Source: a virus (taxonomy: Duplodnaviria; Heunggongvirae; Uroviricota; Caudoviricetes). From it: DNA of 11,067 nucleotides. The notes below the pieces were generated by a model that did not search any database, was not told the origin of the DNA, and saw only the letters and a program-made list of their open reading frames with translations. Shown here in pieces: positions 6,485 to 11,067 of this stretch. Position numbers and translations under genes: made by a program. The DNA lies in IMG/VR virus record IMGVR_UViG_2690316002_000013, one strand, 5' to 3'. Positions within the stretch are counted from its first letter, which is position 1, and each line of letters opens with the position of its first letter.

Positions 6485-6895
6485 TCAGAACGAAATATCA
6501 TCACCGTAAGAGTCATCGCCTCCCGCTGGTGGCTGATTACCCTGTGTGCCTGTGGTTTTGCGTCTGTTCCCGCCTGGACGTGCCGCGCGGGCACTGATTA
6601 CGCTGTCTGCGATAACCTGCCAGCCCTGCCGCGTTTCTCCGTTCTGTCCGGTCCACTGGCTTACCTGCATCGTGCCGGATACGCTGGCAACATCGCCTTT
6701 TTGATGTTTAGCCAGGAAGTCGGCCTGTTTGCCAAATGCGATGACCGATAACCATAACGTCGCCTGTCCGTCCTGTGCCTGGCTGCATGGCAAAGATACC
6801 GCCATACGCGCCAGCGTCATCGGTGTGCCCTTGCTGGTCTGTTTTACCTGCGGGTCGTCCACCAGCCGCCCGTAAGCGGCTATCTGTGCCGTCAT
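6485..6895 (-). CDS. Single-stranded DNA-binding protein (SSB family, 136 aa)
   Basis: OB-fold-like core (LWLSVIAFGKQADFLAKHQKGDVASVSGTMQVSQWTGQNGETRQGWQVIADSV), Gly/Pro/Gln-rich linker and acidic tail ...GDDSYGDDISF resembling the canonical SSB DDDIPF tip. SD GGAGAGG upstream. Confidence 0.8.
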   Translation of the reverse strand: MTAQIAAYGRLVDDPQVKQTSKGTPMTLARMAVSLPCSQAQDGQATLWLSVIAFGKQADFLAKHQKGDVASVSGTMQVSQWTGQNGETRQGWQVIADSVISARAARPGGNRRKTTGTQGNQPPAGGDDSYGDDISF

Positions 6896-7143
6896 AATTC
6901 CACCTCTCCGGTTTTAACGTTGATGGTTGTTACCTGTTCCGCTTCGGCAATCTCCCGTTCTGTCAGCGTGGCAAAGTTTGCCGCCGCCGTGGTCATGAAT
7001 GCGCTTATCAGGTCGGGATGTTCCTTCGCGTATCCTTCCCGCGTGTGGCGGTCTATCGTTCTGATTGCCACCTTTAAGGTGTGCTCAGTCATGTCTAACG
7101 CTTTATATTTTGGCTCTGTTCTGTCTCTGCGTTTTTGGGTCAT
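6892..7143 (-). CDS. Hypothetical small protein (about 83 aa from ATG at 7141-7143), translationally coupled to ssb
   Basis: Its stop overlaps the ssb start (ATGA). The track's longer ORF begins at a GTG. No family recognised. Confidence 0.5.
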   Translation of the reverse strand: MTQKRRDRTEPKYKALDMTEHTLKVAIRTIDRHTREGYAKEHPDLISAFMTTAAANFATLTEREIAEAEQVTTINVKTGEVEL

Positions 7144-7149
7144 TTCTCG

Positions 7150-7345
7150 CAACCTCTCACTTTTTCGCCTCACTTTTTCAAGCGTCTCACTTCGTCGCAG
7201 TTGGGATTTTCGGTTTTTCTATGTGTGTGTTTCATAAGTATTTTTTTACCCCTCACTTTTGAGGATGTATACAGGTCGAAAAGTGAGGGAGAGCGGGCTA
7301 ATTTTGGCCCTCTTTCTATCCCCCTCGCTTTTGCTCCTCACTTTT
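7150..7345. repeat. Iteron array, candidate replication origin: about 7 copies of CTCAC(T)TTT (7156, 7169, 7186, 7252, inverted at 7279-7288, variant CTCGCTTTT at 7324, 7337) plus an AT-rich stretch (7214-7248)
   Basis: Counted directly in sequence. Includes a convergent pair CCTCACTTTT / AAAAGTGAGG around GTATAC. Lies immediately 3' of the RepA-like gene; the last iteron overlaps its stop codon. Confidence 0.6.
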
Positions 7346-8385
7346 ATAGCGGCGCTACATCATCCCCATCGATACGAATAACCCCATCTTTTTCCAGCTT
7401 GTACAGCCAGCGCCGGAAGTTTTTCATTTCATACCCCAGCTTTTTCATGTCATCACGTAACAGCGGGATCGTGCACTTGTCGCCGTTCTGTGTGCGTGAA
7501 CGGATGCACCCCCATAGCGCGGTATGGTTTTCCGTCTTGTTCCCTGCCTCCTCGATGCGCTCCAGTTCAACAGGAGGGCGCGGATCATCCACCACCACCA
7601 GCGACGTGATTAATTCACCGTCAGCGTCGGTAAAAAGCTCCACCACGCGTAAGTCATATGCGGCTTCTTTGAGTTCCTCCGCGTCCTTCATTTTGGTGCA
7701 TGAGATAACCAGCGCTTCGCTTCCTGCGTCCTCCCTGCGTATCCGGTATTCAGCATCCAGCGAAGCACGAAATGCACTGGAACCGCGCGCGCCTTTCGTC
7801 TCATCCTTGCCGGAATGGTGAACCACCAGCACCGTGGCCCCTGTGCGTCGTTTCAGTTCGTCACAACCACGGATAAACGCCCCATATCACGGGAATCATT
7901 TTCATCATTCCCACCAAAGCAACGCGCCAGCGTATCCAGAATAATCATGCGTACAGGTTTACCCGTTTCCCGCTCCACCTGACGGGCAGCGATAACCATT
8001 TCATCAACATCAAGCGGGGCAGCCGGAAAGATGGGGCGGTTTACCAGATACAGATTTTTCACCTGCTCATCGTGCACAACCTCCCAGGCTTTTACACGAC
8101 GCGGAACACCTATACCGCCTTCACCAACCACATAGAGAACCGCACCATGTGCAACCCTGCGGCCTCCCCACTGGCGACCAGTGGCAACATGGCACGCCCA
8201 CGATCCGGCAAGGAATGATTTATAGGACCCGCTAGCCCCGTATATGCTGCATAGCGATACCGCCGGAATAATCCCCTTAACCACGTAATCCAGTTGCGTG
8301 TCGTATCCGGTAGATCCAACGCTCATCGGTAGCGTGGTTTTTCGCTGGTGGTTTTTTTCTTCCGCCGGCTCTTTCCCGCGCACCC
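7344..8385 (-). pseudogene. RepA-like replicative ATPase (AAA_25/RecA-fold, DnaB-like helicase family) with C-terminal winged-helix-like domain; reading frame broken by a 1-nt frameshift near 7872-7877, 5' end running into the N gap
   Basis: Walker A GASGSYKS, Walker B-like MIILDTLA and the LVVHHSGKD motif lie in two different frames (tracks 7853..8623 and 7344..7832). One extra A in the run at 7875-7877 would give a continuous ...DMGRFIRGCDELKRRTGATVLVVHH... . A possible ATG start is at 8324-8326 but has no SD. Confidence 0.6.
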
Positions 8386-8616
8386 NNNNNNNNNNNNNNN
8401 NNNNNNNNNNNNNNNNNNNNNNNNNNNNNNNNNNNNNNNNNNNNNNNNNNNNNNNNNNNNNNNNNNNNNNNNNNNNNNNNNNNNNNNNNNNNNNNNNNNN
8501 NNNNNNNNNNNNNNNNNNNNNNNNNNNNNNNNNNNNNNNNNNNNNNNNNNNNNNNNNNNNNNNNNNNNNNNNNNNNNNNNNNNNNNNNNNNNNNNNNNNN
8601 NNNNNNNNNNNNNNNN
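8386..8616. other. Assembly gap (231 N)
   Basis: Run of n characters. Truncates the RepA-like gene on one side and the pin gene on the other. Confidence 0.99.
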
Positions 8617-9063
8617 GGTACAAAGTCCGAAAGGCCGGGACTGAAAAAACTGCTCAGGACATTATCGGCAGGTGACACGCTGGTGGTCTGGAAACTGGAC
8701 CGGCTGGGGCGCAGTATGCGGCATCTTGTCGTGCTGGTGGAGGAGTTGCGCGAACGAGGCATCAACTTTCGTAGTCTGACGGATTCAATTGATACCAGTA
8801 CCCCAATGGGGCGCTTTTTCTTTCATGTGATGGGTGCCCTGGCTGAAATGGAGCGTGAACTGATTGTTGAAAGAACAAAAGCTGGACTGGAAGCTGCTCG
8901 CGCACAGGGACGAATTGGTGGACGTCGTCCCAAACTTACACCAGAACAATGGGAACAGGCCGGACGATTAATTGCATCAGGAGTTCCTCGCCAGAAGGTG
9001 GCGATTATCTATGATGTTGGTGTGTCAACTTTGTATAAGAGGTTTCCTGCAGGGGATAAATAA
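8617..9063 (+). CDS. pin: Serine recombinase / DNA invertase of the Pin-Gin-Hin-Cin family, 3' part only (N-terminal ~35-40 codons lost in the gap)
   Basis: In-frame translation from 8617 reads GTKSERPGLKKLLRTLSAGDTLVVWKLDRLGRSMRHL...FFFHVMGALAEMERELIVERT...GRIGGRRPKLT..., closely matching e14 Pin as I recall it. Followed by mcrA as in e14. Confidence 0.9.
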   Translation, partial: GTKSERPGLKKLLRTLSAGDTLVVWKLDRLGRSMRHLVVLVEELRERGINFRSLTDSIDTSTPMGRFFFHVMGALAEMERELIVERTKAGLEAARAQGRIGGRRPKLTPEQWEQAGRLIASGVPRQKVAIIYDVGVSTLYKRFPAGDK

Positions 9064-9169
9064 AGTTAAAGACACTTTGTGTACAAAAGAAAGTAAAACA
9101 ACAGCAACTTGTTGCAATTTTATCAATAAAAGTAGTATTGTCGTGAAAAATTGATTAAAGATTAATATT

Positions 9170-10003
9170 ATGCATGTTTTTGATAATAATGGAATTGAAC
9201 TGAAAGCTGAGTGTTCGATAGGTGAAGAGGATGGTGTTTATGGTCTAATCCTTGAGTCGTGGGGGCCGGGTGACAGAAACAAAGATTACAATATCGCTCT
9301 TGATTATATCATTGAACGGTTGGTTGATTCTGGTGTATCCCAAGTCGTAGTATATCTGGCGTCATCATCAGTCAGAAAACATATGCATTCTTTGGATGAA
9401 AGAAAAATCCATCCTGGTGAATATTTTACTTTGATTGGTAATAGCCCCCGCGAGATACGCTTGAAGATGTGTGGTTATCAGGCTTATTTTAGTCGTACGG
9501 GGAGAAAGGAAATTCCTTCCGGCAATAGAACGAAACGAATATTGATAAATGTTCCAGGTATTTATAGTGACAGTTTTTGGGCGTCTATAATACGTGGAGA
9601 ACTATCAGAGCTTTCACAGCCTACAGATGATGAATCGCTTCTGAATATGAGGGTTAGTAAATTAATTAAGAAAACGTTGGGTCAACCCGAGGGCTCCAGG
9701 AAACCAGTTGAGGTAGAAAGACTACAAAAAGTTTATGTCCGAGACCCGATGGTAAAAGCTTGGATTTTACAGCAAAGTAAAGGTATATGTGAAAACTGTG
9801 GTAAAAATGCTCCGTTTTATTTAAATGATGGAAACCCATATTTGGAAGTGCATCATGTAATTCCCCTGTCTTCAGGTGGTGCTGATACAACAGATAACTG
9901 TGTTGCCCTTTGTCCGAATTGTCATAGAGAATTGCACTATAGTAAAAATGCAAAAGAACTAATCGAGATGCTTTACGTTAATATAAACCGATTACAGAAA
10001 TAA
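9170..10003 (+). CDS. mcrA: 5-methylcytosine-specific (type IV) restriction endonuclease McrA, HNH family, 277 aa
   Basis: Translation matches my recollection of E. coli K-12 McrA along its whole length; C-terminal HNH/zinc motif (CENCG...HHVIPLSSGG...CPNCH). AT-rich gene typical of horizontally acquired DNA. Confidence 0.95.
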   Translation: MHVFDNNGIELKAECSIGEEDGVYGLILESWGPGDRNKDYNIALDYIIERLVDSGVSQVVVYLASSSVRKHMHSLDERKIHPGEYFTLIGNSPREIRLKMCGYQAYFSRTGRKEIPSGNRTKRILINVPGIYSDSFWASIIRGELSELSQPTDDESLLNMRVSKLIKKTLGQPEGSRKPVEVERLQKVYVRDPMVKAWILQQSKGICENCGKNAPFYLNDGNPYLEVHHVIPLSSGGADTTDNCVALCPNCHRELHYSKNAKELIEMLYVNINRLQK

Positions 10004-10141
10004 AATTGTTTATTAAAGTCACATTTAAGACGTAATACCCTACAGGGTAAAAATTTTCTCTGATCTTAACTTCTGCAAATGTTAACTGCTATTTTTATGC
10101 TAAAAATGGTTATCAAAACTCAAAAACACATGTTTATAATC

Positions 10142-10178
10142 AATGAGTTATAGAAATGCTAAGGGCTAATGAGTTATA
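10142..10178. repeat. Direct repeat AATGAGTTATA x2 (10142-10152, 10168-10178) in the AT-rich arm upstream of the icdC core
   Basis: Seen in sequence. Its position 60-100 bp from the icd homology boundary would suit arm-type binding sites of an att site. Confidence 0.4.
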
Positions 10179-10236
10179 TGCAAATTAGTAAAATTATGTT
10201 GCTATCTCAAATAGTTACGATTTAGTCATCTAACTA

Positions 10237-10401
10237 ATGCTGCGCCATATGGGCTGGACTGAAGCCGCAGACCTGATTGTTAAAGGTATGGAAGGCGCAA
10301 TCAACGCCAAGACCGTAACCTATGACTTCGAACGTCTGATGGAAGGCGCTAAACTGCTGAAATGTTCAGAGTTTGGTGACGCGATCATCAAAAATATGTA
10401 A
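10237..10401 (+). pseudogene. icdC: Duplicated 3' end of isocitrate dehydrogenase gene (icdC-type fragment, 54 codons), marking an e14-type attachment site
   Basis: Translation [54 protein letters not shown] is the Icd C-terminus with two substitutions relative to the host sequence I recall (D to E, E to K). No upstream icd body is present. Confidence 0.85.
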
Positions 10402-10424
10402 TTACCACATGTGTTAAATATTAT

Positions 10425-10453
10425 AACGGGCGTATAACACGCCCGTTGTTTTT
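10425..10453 (+). terminator. Intrinsic terminator after the icd 3' fragment (AACGGGCGT-ataac-ACGCCCGTT then T5)
   Basis: 9-bp GC-rich stem and U-tract 24 bp after the stop codon. Confidence 0.65.
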
Positions 10454-10662
10454 ATAAATATGTTAACCGTTATAAAATAACGTATCAAAAGTCAAGTGAA
10501 CACATTTCAAATATCAATTTGATCGTATTGGTCTGGTGATTATTTATGGGGAGCAATAAAAAGACAGTATTAATCATCCATAGGGATAGTCTCTGCACTT
10601 TTATTTCCATTATGCTAATGCCTTACTGAATTATGAAGCATTTTTTAAGCTCCCAACTTTAG

Positions 10663-11067
10663 CTAGATTAATGGTTTATTATTTTCTACATCTTCAATAT
10701 ATAAAAGCGTATTATCAATGGCGTAGTAACTGCGTTTGTTATGATTAACATCAGTAACCCACCGGAAAACGCCAGCGCCTGCCAGTGTTGAACAGTATTC
10801 CCGAAATGTAGATTTTCCGCGAATATGAAGCAATGCGGCCTCTTTTATTTTAGCTGGGTTCTTGGTCGTACTAACTTTTAACAGGTTCCTGGTTCCTCTT
10901 AATAACAAAACCGTGTCATCGTGAGTAATAATTCTGATGTTATCCGTAGCCAGATAATAAATGTAATGTGCAATACGGTGATGTTTTAATTCTGAATAAA
11001 ACCAGGAGAAGTTTTGCTCTTTTCTCACTTGCTCAAACATCTTTTGAAAAACAACGACCTGATCCAT
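10663..11067 (-). CDS. ycgX: 134-aa hypothetical protein, probably the DUF1398-family protein YcgX by position and length
   Basis: Complete ORF whose start codon is the last three bases of the window. Assignment rests on remembered K-12 synteny (mcrA-icdC-[iraM]-ycgX) and the matching 134-aa length, not on recognising the sequence. Confidence 0.55.
   Translation of the reverse strand: MDQVVVFQKMFEQVRKEQNFSWFYSELKHHRIAHYIYYLATDNIRIITHDDTVLLLRGTRNLLKVSTTKNPAKIKEAALLHIRGKSTFREYCSTLAGAGVFRWVTDVNHNKRSYYAIDNTLLYIEDVENNKPLI

Noticed and set aside
7135-7821. 228-aa plus-strand ORF antisense to the RepA-like gene and the iterons
   Set aside because: Ser-rich, low-complexity translation overlapping the ori repeats and a well-supported minus-strand gene.
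7860-7890. Programmed ribosomal frameshift in the RepA-like gene
   Set aside because: No slippery heptamer of the usual X-XXY-YYZ kind and no downstream structure noticed; a simple indel in an A/T run is the more economical explanation.
8277-8765. ORFs translated through the N run (X-filled proteins in the track)
   Set aside because: Artefacts of translating undetermined bases. Only the real-sequence portions were used (RepA-like N-terminal region, Pin C-terminal region).
8972-9154. 60-aa plus-strand ORF overlapping the pin 3' end and the mcrA promoter
   Set aside because: Out of frame with pin, low-complexity, AT-rich; no support.
9666-9953. 95-aa minus-strand ORF inside mcrA
   Set aside because: Antisense to mcrA; product of AT-rich codon bias.
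1-11067. Window edges coinciding exactly with the phoQ start codon and the ycgX-like start codon
   Set aside because: Most likely a consequence of how the window was cut, not a biological boundary.

Overview
Enterobacterial (E. coli/Shigella-type) chromosomal window, read by eye without tools. Left: complete phoQ (1-1461). A repeat-rich 0.8 kb non-coding junction follows (the K-12 neighbour roxA/ycfD is not there). Then 2278-8385 is a block of exclusively minus-strand mobile-element genes: a lambda-family packaging/head module (Nu1-like small terminase, gpD-like decoration protein, gpE-like major capsid protein, small RHH protein) with two lambda-type cos sites in inverted orientation around terS, plus a replication module (RepA-like AAA_25 ATPase with a frameshift, iteron array, SSB, PerC-like regulator). 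A run of 231 N (8386-8616) interrupts the sequence. Right: 3' part of a Pin-family invertase, mcrA, the e14-type icd 3' duplicate (icdC) and a 134-aa ORF consistent with ycgX. The main candidate for something new is the compact cos/terS/capsid/decoration module with its own replicon but no large terminase, portal, protease/scaffold, tail or lysis genes: a possible capsid-encoding lambdoid phage satellite. The alternative is a decayed prophage or an assembly artefact, and both remain open. All homology calls rest on remembered protein and cos sequences, not on searches.
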